DNA from: Octopus vulgaris
Taxonomy: Eukaryota
Direction: 5' to 3'
NCBI GenBank assembly: GCA_951406725.2
Contig: OX597817.1
Location: 25,544,001 to 25,608,000 of the forward strand
DNA: 64,000 nucleotides
Every line of letters starts with the position of its first letter. The stretch's first letter is position 1. Position numbers and translations under genes: made by a program. The notes under the pieces are model-generated. The model saw nothing but the letters and a program-made list of their open reading frames with translations, was not told the origin of the DNA and searched no databases. Below are positions 12,381-25,693 of the stretch, piece by piece.

Positions 12381-12443
12381 TAGACATTATTAATATTATA
12401 CTCTCTTCAGGCAATAAGCTGTATGTCTGTATGCATATATGTA

Positions 12444-12524
<81 letters not shown>

Positions 12525-12679
12525 ATTTATATACATATATATATGTATATCATTAGCACATCAGGTGAACTGCTTTAGTGGTATTTCGTCTGTGTTTATG
12601 TTCTGAGTTCAAAATCTACCGAGTTGGCTTTGCCTTTCATCTTTTCGGAGTTGATAAAATAAGTACCAGATATCTCCTT

Positions 12680-13043
12680 CGGGTAAAAACCACCAATAGA
12701 AGAGAATATGACCAAAAACTGTGTGTACTCCATCCCGTGCAGCTGTGATAGGTTATATAAAGGCGAAACATGCCACCCCCTCAAAATAAGGGTAGAGGTA
12801 CATAGCAAAGCTGTGACACAAGATATTGATAAATTGGGTATAGCTGATCATGTATGGAAAAATGGAGATCACCTTCCCCTGTGGGATGAAATTATAGACA
12901 GAGGACACCACTGGAAAATACGGAAACTAGAAGAAGCAGCACATATGCTAGGACACAACTACCTCCTAAGCAGACCAAATGCAGATATGAATAGCATATG
13001 GGAACCAGTATTAAGGAAGGATAGGAAAATATTAGATTTATAA
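12680..13043 (+). pseudogene. Penelope-like element GIY-YIG endonuclease C-terminal fragment
   Basis: CVYSIPCSCDRLYKGET..PLKIR..VH...GIADH...H..LW...RKLEEA matches the PLE GIY-YIG pattern; no upstream RT, so 5'-truncated. Confidence 0.8.
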
Positions 13044-13071
13044 GCCCTAAAAATTCACTCCATAATTGCCC

Positions 13072-13146
13072 GTGGACATATAGTATAGTAGTTAAGAGTG
13101 TGGGCTACTAACGCCAAGATTCCAAGTTCGATTCCAGGCAGTGATC
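13072..13146 (+). other. Degenerate tRNA-like sequence in the PLE 3' region
   Basis: TAGTATAGTAGTTAAGAG (A-box/D-arm-like), GGCTACTAAC (anticodon-loop-like), AGTTCGATTCC (B-box), then (TAA)n. Confidence 0.55.
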
Positions 13147-13236
13147 TGAATAATAATAATAATAATAATAACACCAACATTAACAACATCGAAAAATACC
13201 TTAGGGATGAGAACCCAGGTTCAAAATTTCCCCAAG

Positions 13237-13280
13237 ACACCAGATGAAAGCTAGAGGATATATCAGCTGAAATGTTGTGT
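13237..13280 (+). ncRNA. Degenerate minimal hammerhead of the PLE pLTR
   Basis: ACAC-CAGATGA-A-AGCT..AGCT-GAAATG-TT-GTGT; core substitutions, so probably inactive. Confidence 0.55.
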
Positions 13281-14689
13281 TAACAACAAACAAAATGAGG
13301 ACAAATATCCATCAAATGTAAATAATATACATTGCTTTTGTTTCTTTTGTCTACCAGTTTAATGCGGGATTTATGATTTATGTGCTGACTTGAAAAACCT
13401 TCATAATTTCCAATATATGATTAAGGAAATGTCTCTGTGAGCTGAGAAAGAGGACTCACAAACTGTGAATGTACACACACAAATATGTATCCAACCTAAG
13501 CTGACATAGAAAAATAAACGTTAGAAAATGAAAAGATGATGTTTTACATCAACACATATATAGACACATTTATATGGATATTTGCATAAACAGATCTTCA
13601 TACATTGAATGAAAACACATTTATCTATTTGAGAGGGTATACTTGGTATATACAGGACGTGCAGGATGTGTTATATCAGTATGCATGAACAATGGAACGC
13701 AGTAAGATGAGAGACTCATAGGTGTGAGAGGAAGCATCTGTTATGTGCAAAATAGAAAACTGTATTGATGATTGATGTTAAGCATGTGATGTATACGAAA
13801 GATGATAATTGGGAGAATTGTCAATCAATCTTGGAAGCAACTTGCAAAAACAAGAAAGATGAGGCAGCATGTGTGAAGAACTGGTGATAACTGATCACAG
13901 GATGTGAAAATTATGCATGAGATGATGAAATGATGAGGTGATGTGGGACTATAACAAGCAGGTGTTGAATAGTGTTGGAGCAGACCCATTTGATACGTGA
14001 TGGCTCCAAAAAATGGATTTTGACAATGACGATAACGACGACGATGATGATGACAGAGACAATAATGACTTCTTTCTCACAACTTCCCTTCAATTGTTTA
14101 CACACATTTGCACACACATACCCCATACATACCATTATTTTAAAAGCCCAAACATAAATCAAGTACAAGCTCATTCTACAGTAATCTCCAATAACACAAG
14201 AAGATATATAGCTATACACACATACACACACATATACATATATATATGTATGCATATGAATGTATATCTGTATATATATATGTGTGTATATATATGTATA
14301 TATATATTCATATATACATATATATATATGTATGTAAATATAAATACATATATATATATATACACACACATACATATATGCATACAGACATACAGTCATG
14401 TATGTTTCTCAATGTATGTGTGTGTATGTTTGTGTGTTTGTCACTACATATCATTATCTCTCCTACAAGTCTATTGGCCATAAATATTAATGCAAACCAC
14501 ATAATCTTATTGTAGCTTCAATTATTTTTTCCAGTTGATATTTCTACCAACATTTGCATCTCAATAAAATAAAACAGAAAAAGTAACGCAAAGGAAAAAT
14601 ACCACAAATGTTGATACTGTTTGTAATTAATTAAACCTTAATTATCATTATTATCATCATCATTATTATTATTATTATTATTATTATTT

Positions 14690-15285
14690 TCAATTTTGTT
14701 TCCATTTCTTACCAAGTATCTTCCCAACACCTAGAGCAGAAAAACTCAATGTTCTGAATTTCTGCTATTATTGAATTTCCTGAGAGCTAGGTGCCAATCA
14801 GCTCCTTTTGCTATCATGCCTAGGGTACCTCTAACAACAGGTATTGTTTTAGTCTTAAGGTTCCAGATTTTGCCAGTTTCTATTTCAAGATCTTTATACT
14901 TGCTCAGTTTTTGGTAGGTCTTCACAGATACATTTATGTCAATTGTGACAGTCATACCAATTAGGAGGCAGGATTTTGTCTGAAGTCTTTTAATATAATG
15001 TCTAGCCTATTCACATCTATTTTTCAGTCAGTTTGAATGGTGAAGTTCCAGAGGAGTGTGATGTTGTCATTTTCAAGCACTGGAGGTGGTTTGTGTTCCC
15101 ATCAGTTTTTATCACGGGGCAGATCCAAGTTTTTGCAAATTACTCAGTGAAGATACTGTGCTGCTCATCATGCCTGATAAAAATACTCTGTAGGTTCAAG
15201 AAGACTGTACATGGAGACAACATGATGATCAATGGTTTCATTTTGTTGTTTACATACACAAAATGTTGGGCTACTGCCAATCATT
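14690..15285 (-). mobile_element. Degenerate R4/Dong-like non-LTR retrotransposon 3' end (restriction-like endonuclease)
   Basis: ..KLSKYKDLEIETGKIWNLKTKTIPVV.GTLG.. RLE C-terminal motif; ends next to an (ATT)n tract. Confidence 0.65.
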
Positions 15286-15290
15286 ATTAT

Positions 15291-15507
15291 TAAGGTGGTG
15301 TGCTGGCAGAATCATTATTATGCTGGACGAAATGCTTAGCGGTATTTTGCCCATCATTACGTTCTGAGTTCAAATTCCACTGAGGCTGACTTTGCCTTTC
15401 ATCCTTTCGGGCTCAATAATTTAAGTACCAGTGAAACACTGGGGTTGATGTAATTGACTAGCTCCCTCCCGCAAAATTTCAGGTCTTGCACCTATTGTAG
15501 AAAGGAT
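15291..15507 (+). mobile_element. SINE family B
   Basis: AAGGTGGTGTGCTGGCAGAA head and TTTGCCTTTCATCCTTTCGGG core. Confidence 0.8.
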
Positions 15508-15517
15508 TATTATTATT

Positions 15518-16850
15518 GTGAAAGTTCTTTTCTTCAGTAGTCTAATGCAAATTTTAACTGATTCACCTAGTGCACTTCAATGCCCCACAATTTGAGCATG
15601 TCTATTTCAAGTCTTAGTATTTTGATAGCTTTGCTATTTCCTTTTGGGCAATATTTTCCTCAGAAAGGATTGCAACGTCTATCAGTGAGTGTGTGCTTGT
15701 TTTTCTGTCTTTATATTATTATATTTGAAAGGTTTACTTTGAACTCTTTGTTAGTTGGGATGGACATGTCCCATATTATTGTGGCCAGGTCATTCTCATG
15801 TACCATATTCAGCACCCACTAGTAGCACTTCTTTGTTTTCACACTGGAGTGTTAGCACTTTCCCCATTGAATATAACTGCTAACACAATCTTGCCTAGGG
15901 ACTGGCAACTGGAGACGATGTGGTCAACTGCTTCTTTGTGCTAGCTGCACATCCTACATTTGGTGATAATATTCATTCTTATGCTTTATCTTTATAATTG
16001 TTTGTGGCCAGACATTAGTCCTGTGCAGTAAAAGTCAGTTCTTCTGTTTCTACTTTTAAACCAGAGGTTTTGTGCCATTGTAGACTTCCATTTTAGGTTA
16101 CATCTCTATCAAGCTTTGCAGAGTATTGGCCAAGGAGTGGTTTTTTTCTCTCCGTTTCTTTTTCATGTCTTGTAATTTTGTTTTCATGTAGATTTAACTA
16201 TTTCTGTTATGTTCTTAACTAAATTTATTCTTCCAATATAGTTTGTTTCTTCCTTGTTTTTTATTGCTTCCTTGTGTCTAGAGAGGATTGATTGTGTTTT
16301 TGTTTTTGCTTCTTTATTACATTTATGTGTCTTTCATTCTTTGTTTCTAAGTAAATTTTTAGTCTAAATGTTTTTTGTAGAAGTTTTCTTTGTGTCTGGC
16401 CACACTCACCTTGTGCGTCTGTGCTAGATATATTCTGTCTATATCTGCTTTGAAATGGTAGCTTTGGCATGTTGTTAGTAGTTTCCTGGTTTCTCTATCT
16501 AATTTGTTTTAGTTCATTTAAGTTCCAGTTTCTTATATCAAGTTTATGATTGGTATGGCTAGCTTATTTATAACTATTATCATATTTCTAACATTGAGTT
16601 CAGATTTTTTTAATATTAGTCTACCCCTTCTATGATATTCTTTCCTTAATTTCTTTTTAATTTCTGTGTTGTATTTTAGCTTTCTTGTCTATTCCTAGAT
16701 ATTTTTAAGGTTAATTATGAACTAGTTTTCTACATTTAGTGTCTGTGTTTTGTGCAATATTTTCAGTGCTGGTGAATTTGGCAGTCCTTAATATTGCATC
16801 GACACATTTACTTGATCCCACTGTCATCACCAATTTTTAGAAAGTTTTTC
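15518..16850 (-). mobile_element. Highly degenerate R4/Dong-like RT / zinc-finger relic
   Basis: Broken minus-strand reading includes GLK.ETE, KCRMC...E.VDHI.S.C and IDMLKLWG..; many stops. Confidence 0.5.
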
Positions 16851-19194
16851 TACTTCACTACTTCATTATTACTGCTTGTGAAGATTTTTATCTTGTCTGC
16901 AACACATGTTTCCCTTTGTGTTTTCATTTAGCAAGTTTGTTGGTGGGATCAGAGCAAGGCAGAGAACAAGTGGAGAAGGTGAGTTACGTTGGAAGATTTC
17001 CCTTCATATAAATATAGGGCTAGTTTGGATCGTAGCTTTCTGGGAGTTTTTTGGTAGGATCAGAGCAAGGCAGAGAAAAAGTGGAGAAGGTGAGTTATGT
17101 TGGAAGATTACACTTTATGTAAATATAGGGCTAGTTTGGATCGTAGTTTTCTGTTTTTCAGTGATATAATGGTTTTCCATCTAATGTGTTTATTAGCAAT
17201 ATGTTCGTTGACAGTGGAAGAGTGAGTACTTCAGGCAAAATTAACTCTAGATAAGTCAATAGATGTATACACAAATAAACTTGTGGAAGCTAAACACTAG
17301 AATTTATAATATTAAGCAAAAAGAATTGATTAAACTTTTACTGTTTGTTATCATGATGTGTATATTCATTATCACATTCCAGCAAACTTGGCCATGAATA
17401 TGCTTTATACTCTTAAGTTTAATATTTACTCTCACTTTACAATAGATCATATTTCTATTGTTTTCTTGACAGAAAATATCTCTAGTTAAATATATACAGG
17501 TTTACTAAGGTGAATAAAAACATTGTAATTATTTTAACTGACACTTCTTGAAGTTGTAGTTTAGCAGAAAGTCGTTTCTGATACAGTAGACTTCTGACCA
17601 AAGGCTTTCCAGTCCTGACCATGCTGCTTTTTGCTTGTCTTGTCAGACCTTACCATGTTGATTGTACTCATTTTTTAAATGTAAATATTGCTTTTATTAG
17701 TAAAAGTATGTTATTAGAGGAAAATTTGATCTACTAGTCAATCATGTCAAAAGTTTCAAAGAACTTTTAGGCTAATGTTACAAATGTTAATAATTGTAAG
17801 GTTACTCGAAATAAATGTTTATGCAATTGGCAGTTAAACTGTAGCTATTCATACTATCTAAGAGCCATTTAATAGCAATGGTGCTTCACAGATGTGTAGC
17901 AAGGTCTCTCAGTATCTGGAGATAAAGACCATTTTAGCACCAATCTTAATTAATTGGCATGATAAGAAAGAAATGATTTAAGGTGGTGAAATCACAAAAT
18001 CATTAGATCATTAGTTAAAATACTTTGAGTATTTATTCTAACTTCTTGTGCTCTGACTTAAAATCTTACCATAATCAACTTTGCCTCTAATCCTTTTGGG
18101 GTTGATATAATATCTTCAGTCTAAGATGGTGGATTGCCAGAACTATTAGTGCTACTGAAGATGCTTTATAGTATCTGTTCTACATCTTAGTACACTGACA
18201 GCAATACGTATGACAAAATAGTGCCAAATTGCATCAGCTCAGCTCAGATGTTATTTCCTTTGAGAAAATCAGTGAAGAGAGGACTTTAAAGACTGGGCCA
18301 CTGCTAGTCTTCTCAAAAAACACTGCCCAAACCTGCACAAAGATGTTGCACAAATGCATAGCCAGCCTTGACCAACAGAGACCTTAACAAAAATCATGAA
18401 AAAATTTTGCCCCTTTTCAACTGCTCACCTGTGTCTTGCTTGCTTTGTCTTTTGTTGATCAACTCCTCTTGCATATTAGAAATTCTTTTGTGAAATTCGT
18501 TGTGAAATATTCAATGTGAAATTAGCTTCAAGTTGACCACATCCAAAATGTAAGGTAGTCCAAATATGACTATCACATTTTTTTTTTTTTTTTGATAGGG
18601 AGTACCTTGGCTTAAATTATCCAGTTTCTTCTTTTTGAGATGGTAGTTGTTAATCTGAGGGAAATTATGTTTCTATCTCTAAGCAATCAAACAGAAGGGT
18701 TCTTTGTTGGCTCAAAGACTATATAGATTATATCCTCTTTTACTCTACAAGTACTTAGTTAAGAACGGCATTATATCTTCTTTAAGTATTATATCTTGTC
18801 TTTTTATTCTGTGAATTATTTTCTTACATTGTGGTTCTTTGTGATGTAACAATCTTTAGATGTATAACTGTAGCCAATGTGTTTTGCGAATTTTTTACTG
18901 AATTGCTGGTGAAAACTGTGGCTTCTAAGAAGGAAAGATGTCTCATTATGCATTAATATCACTGCAGATTGTATCCGATTATATCTTCACTTATGGATTT
19001 GCAATTCTACTTAACACATTTGGATACACCAACTTCTACACATGCTCACCACAAATATTTCTATGTTCTTATGCAGAAAATAAGTACACCATCCATGATT
19101 GTGTTAGTATGTGTATGAAGGTGTGTGCATGTGTACATGTGTGTGTGTGTGTGTGTGCATTTACGATTTTTAAAAATAGATTGTGAATATAAAT

Positions 19195-19607
19195 AGGCGC
19201 AGGAGTGGCTGTGTGGTAAGTAGCTTGCATACCAACCACATGGTTCTGGGTTCAGTCCCACTGTGTGGCATCTTGGGCAAGTGTCTTCTGCTATAGCCCC
19301 GGGCTGACCAATGCCTTGTGAGTGGATTTGTTAGACGGAAACTGAAAGAAGCCTGTCGTATGTATGTATATATATGTATAGGTATGTGTCTTTATGTGTT
19401 TGTGTGTCTGTGTTTGTACCCCTAGCATTGCTTGACAACCGATGCTGGTGTGTTTACGTCCCCGTCACTTAGTGGTTCGGCAAAAGAGACTGATAGAATA
19501 AGTACTGGGCTTAAAAAGAATAAGTCCCGGGGTCAATTTGCTCGACTAAAGGCGGTGCTCCAGCATGGCCACAGTCAAATGACTGAAACAAGTAAAAGAA
19601 TAAAAGA
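19195..19607 (+). mobile_element. SINE family A, full length
   Basis: TAGGCGCAGGAGTGGCTGTGTGG (A-box) ... GGTTCAGTCCC (B-box) ... CTTGGGCAAGT ... AAAAGAATAAAAG tail. Confidence 0.9.
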
Positions 19608-20190
19608 AATACCATTTATGATTGTGTATATGTATGTGTGTGTGTGAGTGTGTGTGCATTTATAGATTTACACTTTAATAGGAAATATATACAACATTAT
19701 GATTATGTGTGTGTTTGCCTCTGCATGTGTTCATGGGTTTGTGTCTGTTTGTGTATGTGTGTGGTGACTGAGGAATGGGTGTGTACTACATTAAATAAAT
19801 TGACTCATAAGTATTTCGAATGCCAGAATCCGAGAATATGCCACATTTTCTTTAAGAATTCCCTTGAAAATACCAAAAGTCTATATTTCACAGCTTAAAG
19901 AATTATTTGCTTTAAACATTTTCTTTTTCCTCATCATTCAAAGAACAGTAAAAACATGTTTAAAATGCTAATATTGACTCATAATTTCATTAAAGGAAAA
20001 TGATACATAATATAAATATCTTAATATAACTGAAAGTAATCAATTCATCCACATGTTTAATTGTTTGCAATACAACCTGTTAATGTTATATTAAACTTGC
20101 CTTCTGGGAAAAAAGAGAAAGAATGATTAAGATTGGGAGAAATAGTATATTGGCATTATTATTAACATTTATCAATATATATTAACATAC

Positions 20191-20787
20191 AGGTGCAGGA
20201 GTGGCTGTGTGGTAAGTAGATTGCTTACCAACCACATGGTTCTGTGTTCAGTCCCACTGTATGGCACCTTGGGCAAGTGTCTTCTACTATAGCCTCAGGC
20301 TGACCAAAGCCTTGTGAGTGGATTTCGTAGACGGAAACTGAAAGAAGCCTGTCGTATTTATATATACATGTTTGTGTGTCTGTGTTTGTCCCCCACCATC
20401 ACTTGACATCCGATGTTAGTGTGTTAAACACACTAGCATCTTTAGTAGCACTAATAGTTTTGGCAATCCACCATCTTAGACTGAAAATATTTTATTGACC
20501 CCAAAAGAATAAAAGGCAAAGTTGATAATGGTAAGATTTTAAGTCAGAGCACAAGAAGTTAGAATAAATACACAAAAGCATGTTAACTAATGATCAAATC
20601 ATTTTGCGATTTCACCACCTTAAATCATTTCTTTCTTATCATGCCCCTGTAACTTAGCGGTTCAGCAAAAGTGACTGATAGAATAAGTACTAGGCTTACA
20701 AAGAATAAGTCCTGGGGTTGATTTGTTCAGCTAAAGGTGGTGTTCTAGCATAGATGGAGTCAAATGACTGAAACAAATAAAAGAATA
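20191..20787 (+). mobile_element. SINE family A interrupted by a templated insertion (20426-20645)
   Basis: Consensus breaks after GTGTGTT and resumes at CCTGTAACTTAGC. Confidence 0.85.
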
Positions 20788-21041
20788 AATGAATATAGGT
20801 ATATATTAATATGTTTATTAATACCTTCTTTCGTAGTTTCAAAAGGCACAGATAATTCTAAATGGTTCTGAAAGCAGAAACTAAAGTAGTAATATATGAG
20901 ATTGTGTAAGTGTGTTTATGTTTCAGTGTATGTATGTATGTATGTATCTATCTATCTATCTATATGTATGTATATATATATATACATACATATAGATAGA
21001 TACATACATATATATATATACATACATATATATATACATAC

Positions 21042-21119
<78 letters not shown>

Positions 21120-21230
21120 CACACACACACAGACATGTAGGAAGTAAATAGACACCGTTACTTTTCAAAATCTTTTATTTGATATGCAAAACGAACAATT
21201 GACATTTAATCGATAGTTAGGATTACATAC

Positions 21231-21500
21231 TTTAGTATTTAGTTGACATTCCCTCTGCAGTTTTTAATTCAGAAACTCCTTTTGGCATGGAACTGATGAA
21301 CTTTGTGATTATTTCTTGGGGAATTTCTGCCCACTTTTCATGCAACAATCAAAGCAATTCATCTTTAGATTTAAGCTTCTGCTGAGTTTTTCCAGTAGCT
21401 CTATCTAGTATGCTCCAAAGATTTTTCAATTGGGTTCGTGTCAGGAGATTGGCTTAGCCAAGGAAGCTTTTTGATCCCATTTTCAGTAATTTCTGGTTGT
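21231..21500 (-). mobile_element. Tc1-like (DD34E) transposase C-terminal relic
   Basis: PWLSQSPDTNPIE/NLWSILDR...KWAEIPQEII.KFISSMP, frameshifted. Confidence 0.7.
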
Positions 21501-21540
21501 TTACATCGTTACATGAAGAAGAATGAATGTGCCACTAATA

Positions 21541-21943
21541 TACTCTTTACTCTTACTCTTTTACTTGTTTCAGTCATTTGACTGTGGCCATGCTGGAGCA
21601 CCACCTTTTAATTAAGCAACTCGACCCCGGGACTTATTCTTTTTGTAAGCCCAGTATTTATTCTATCGGTCTCTTTTGCCGAACCGCTAAGTAACGGGGA
21701 CATAAACACACCAGCATCGGTTGTCAAGCAATGCTAGGGAGACAAACACAGACACACAAACACACACACGCATATATATATACATATATACGACAGGCCT
21801 CTTTTCAGTTTCCGTCTACCAAATCCACTCACAAGGCTTTGGTCGGCCCGAGGCTATAGCAGAAGACACTTGCCGAAGGTGCCACGCAGTGGGACTGAAC
21901 CCGGAACCATGTGGTTGGTAAACAAGCTACTTACCACACAGCC
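21541..21943 (-). mobile_element. SINE family A
   Basis: Match to the family consensus. Confidence 0.9.
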
Positions 21944-22467
21944 GGCTAAATTAGTAACAATGTAGATTCGTAAAGCATAAAAATATCAGAATTTAGTGGA
22001 ATAAGATATCCCAAATTTATATAATCTAGTTTGAGAAAATCTGTGGCTTCCACTACTACATAAAAACGTCCAAGAAATGTATCACTCTGTATTGAAACAC
22101 ATCTTAAAAGAATATTAATTTTGACATGATAATATTTTATTCAGTTGGTTACCTCTAGAACTGCTTGAAATTTCTTTTCTATCCCTTTCTTTTTATCACA
22201 AATATAGGTGAAAGAATTTCCTTAAAAGTTTATAAAAAAAAATATTTTTCATTTCTGGCAATATTCTTATGTAACCATATTATTTTGTTTGTATTTGATA
22301 ATTTTTATTATTGAAAGTAACTTTATTAGAATGATAATAATATTTAAAATAACTAAAATTTAAAAACAATATCTGTTGGGTTTGTGAGAGTGAATGATAG
22401 TTTCTTGATATTTCTTAAGGTTGTGTTCTTAAAAGAGTATCATTCGTATTCCAATACAGCATTTTAA

Positions 22468-22795
22468 ACCTCGCCTGGCCCCCATGCCGGTGGCACGTAA
22501 AAAGCACCATCCGTCCGTGGCCGTCTACAAGCCTTGCCTGGCCCCCGTGCCAGTGGCATGTAAAAAGCACCATCCGATCATGGCCGTTTGCCAGCTCCGT
22601 CTGGCACCTGTGCAGGTAGCACGTAAAAAGCACCCACTACACTCACCGAGTGGTTAGCGTTAGGAAGGGCATCCAGCCGTAGAAACACTGCCAGATCAGT
22701 CTGGGCCTGATGCAGCCTTCTGGCTTCACAGACCCCAGTTGAACCGTCCAACCCATGCTAGCATGGAAAGCGGACATTAAATGATGATGATGATG
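22468..22795 (+). mobile_element. Retroposon family D: internal ~55-60-bp tandem units plus GTTGGCGTTAGGAAGGGCATCC body and (GAT)n tail; other copies at ~28236-28617(-), 41338-41543(-), 43200-43300, 45945-46230, 53480-53910(-), 55801-55960, 57411-57711
   Basis: Repeated GGTGGCACGTAAAAAGCACC units and shared 3' end CCATGCTAGCATGGAAAGCGGAC(G/A)TTAAA(C/T)GATGATGAT. Confidence 0.75.
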
Positions 22796-22999
22796 TAGTG
22801 ATAACAAATTTCTGCATCCCTTCAAAACTTGTTTGTTGCAAGTGCTATATTTTAGTGTGTACAAGCACAAGTGTGTTGCTATGTGGTTAAAAAGCTTGGT
22901 TCCTAACTATGCAGTCTTGTGTTCAGTCTTACTGTGCAACACTTTTGGCATGTGTTTTCTACTATAGCTCCTGACTGACCAAAGCCTTGTAACAGGACA

Positions 23000-23382
23000 T
23001 ACTCTTTATTCTTTTACTTGTTTCAGTCATTTGACTGTGGCCATGCTGGAGCACCGCCTTTAGTCGAGCAAATCAACCCCAGAACTTATTCTTTGTAAGC
23101 CTAGTACTTATTCTATTAGTCTTTTTCGCCGAACCGCTAAGTTACGGGGACATGAACACACCAGCATCGGTTGTCAAGCAATATTGGGAGGACAAACACA
23201 CACACATATATATATACATATATACGACAGGCTTCTTTCAGTTTCTGTCTACCAAATCCACTCACAAGGCTTTGGTCGGCCCGAGGCTATAGTAGAAGAC
23301 GCTTGCCCAAAGTGCCACACAATGGGACTGAACCCGAACCATGCGGTTGGTAAGCAAGCTACTTACCACACAGCCACTCCTG
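23000..23382 (-). mobile_element. SINE family A
   Basis: Match to consensus; a degenerate plus-strand head lies at 22866-22991. Confidence 0.85.
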
Positions 23383-23701
23383 CTGTCAGAAAAAAACTGA
23401 AAGGAGCCTGTTGCACACATGTGCATGTGTACTGCATGTGAGTATAACCTTTTCCTAACATCACACAATGATTGCATATGAGTATTCCCATCATACCAGT
23501 TTTCTGTGGCAAAAATTGTCTGGTCATGAGGAATATTATCTTGCTTGGAAACAAGTGTAGGTTGGCAATAAGAAGGGAAACGGGTCATAGAAAATCTGCT
23601 TTGATGAATTCTGTCTGACTCATGCAGGCATGGAATCATGGGCATCAGATGATGATGATGATGAGGATTGATGACGATGATGACAACAATGACAACGACG
23701 A

Positions 23702-24114
23702 TACTCTTTACTCTTTTACTAGTTTCAGTCATTTGACTGCGGCCATGCTGGAGCACCGCCTTTAATCGAGCAACACGACCCCGGTACTTATTCTTTTGTA
23801 AGCCCAGTACTTATTCTATCGGTCTCTTTTGCCGAACCGCTAGGTGACGGGGACATAAACACACCAGCATTGGTTGTCAAGCAATGCTAGAGGGACAAAC
23901 ACAGACACACAAACACACATGCGCATATATATATATATATACATATATACGACAGGTTTCTTTCAGTTTCCGTCTACCAAATCCACTCACAAGGCTTTGG
24001 TCGGCCCGAGGCTATAGCAGAAAACACTTGCCCAAGGTGCCACGCAGTGGGACTGAACACGGAACCATGTGGTTGGTAAACAAGCTACTTACCACACAGC
24101 CACTCCTGCGCCTA
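23702..24114 (-). mobile_element. SINE family A, full length, inserted in a (GAT/GAC)n tract
   Basis: Match to consensus. Confidence 0.9.
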
Positions 24115-24289
24115 TACGATGATGATGATTGCATAGAAAATCATTTGACATTAGTCCCAGCGAAGAATTCCTATAAATACTCTCTGCTAAAAATGATATC
24201 CTGCTAGTCTATGAACAGCAAACTTCTATATTCCTGTAGAAAACTCTTAATCATTAGTGCCATATTCTAAATTTTACTAGATTTCATGA

Positions 24290-24747
24290 CCATGTGGCAT
24301 GTCAAGACTGTTACAATACCAGCAATTGTAGAAGCACTTGGAATGATCAAAAAAGAAACTGAAAATTATTTAAGAATGATCCCTGGCTTACCATCCATGC
24401 AGGAAATACAAAAGATTGTCTGAACTGCCATGTCACATGTATTGAGAAGCGCTTCATCACAGTGAATTTTCTTTCCTTTTTTCCCTTTAATTTTTTTTTT
24501 TGCTTTTGTATTTTTTATTTTTCCTTTTTCACTCTGTCTTTCTTCCCCTTTTTCTCTAACATAACACTTTGTAAATGAACAATTTCATGTGTTTATTTTA
24601 ATGGCCTACCAATGTATACAGTGCCCTAGGTATCAGGAAGACACTCAGGATGAAATAGAAACAGAATTGAAAGAAGATGATAATGAAAATAATAATATTT
24701 ATTCAAAATAAAACTACTGAATAATAATAATAATAATGATAATAATA

Positions 24748-24794
<47 letters not shown>

Positions 24795-24863
24795 AATGAT
24801 GATAATAATAATAATGATAATAATAATAATAATGATAATAATAATAATAATAATAATAATGAA

Positions 24864-24907
<44 letters not shown>

Positions 24908-24921
24908 TAATAATAATAATA
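24290..24921 (+). mobile_element. R4/Dong-like LINE 3' end followed by a long (TAA/TGA)n tract
   Basis: MWHVKTVTIPAIVEALGMIKK..ENYLRMIPGLPSMQEIQKIV, T-rich 3' UTR, (TAA)n at 24718-24921. Confidence 0.6.
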
Positions 24922-25472
24922 AAAACTTTGTTGATAGAGAAATATTAGCTGCAAGGTAATTGTGTAACTTGAACTAACAGATTCAATGTAATAATCTTTA
25001 ATTTTCTTGAATCAGAGCTTGTGCATTGCTTTGTATTGTCTTTGTATAGTGATTATGCTGTGCTTTTACTGTGTTTGCACAGTGCTTTTATAGCAATTAT
25101 ACACCATAACTGGTATTTGCCAATACCAAAGGAAGTTAGCTATGGAAGTAACATTTTCTGGCTCAAGCTGCTTTCCTTTGGCTTCCGTGGAAGGAAATTC
25201 AAACACTTGGAGAATCCTGAATCTATAGACCATTCTTAAAGCTGAAACAAAGATTAACCAGCAGCAAGATAAACCCCATTTTTGTTGGTTGTAACAGGAT
25301 TACAGCTACAACTATTGCAGTTTCAGAGGTTATTACATGTTATACAACCTTTGAAAAAGATTGCTGCACAACACTTTAGTCAGATGCAGCAATTTACAAC
25401 CTGATCCACTCCAGCTACATTAGACACTACATGTTGAAAATCCTTCAGTGAGATACACATGCACCCCTTTAA

Positions 25473-25693
25473 CCCTTTCGTTACCAACCCGGTTGAAACC
25501 GGCTCTGGCTCTGTAGTACAAATGTCTTGTTTTCATAAATTTTGAAATAAAATCTTCCACCAAACTTTAGTCACAATTTATGTTCCTAACGCTAGCTTAA
25601 TGATAACGAAGTTATTTTACTAAATTCTTTGTTACATCTAAAATAATTGAGAGAATCGCAGAGCATCTCAAAATAAATACGGTAATGAAAGGG
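25473..25693. mobile_element. piggyBac-type MITE; partial second copy at 42585-42792
   Basis: TTAA|CCCTTTCGTTACC ... GGTAATGAAAGGG|TTAA: TTAA TSD and 13-bp TIR. Confidence 0.85.

Noticed and set aside
22468-22640. Regularly spaced GGTGGCACGTAAAAAGCACC repeats resembling a CRISPR array (also 53620-53900)
   Set aside because: Spacers resemble each other, the array is part of a dispersed (GAT)n-tailed retroposon, the context is eukaryotic, and there are no cas genes
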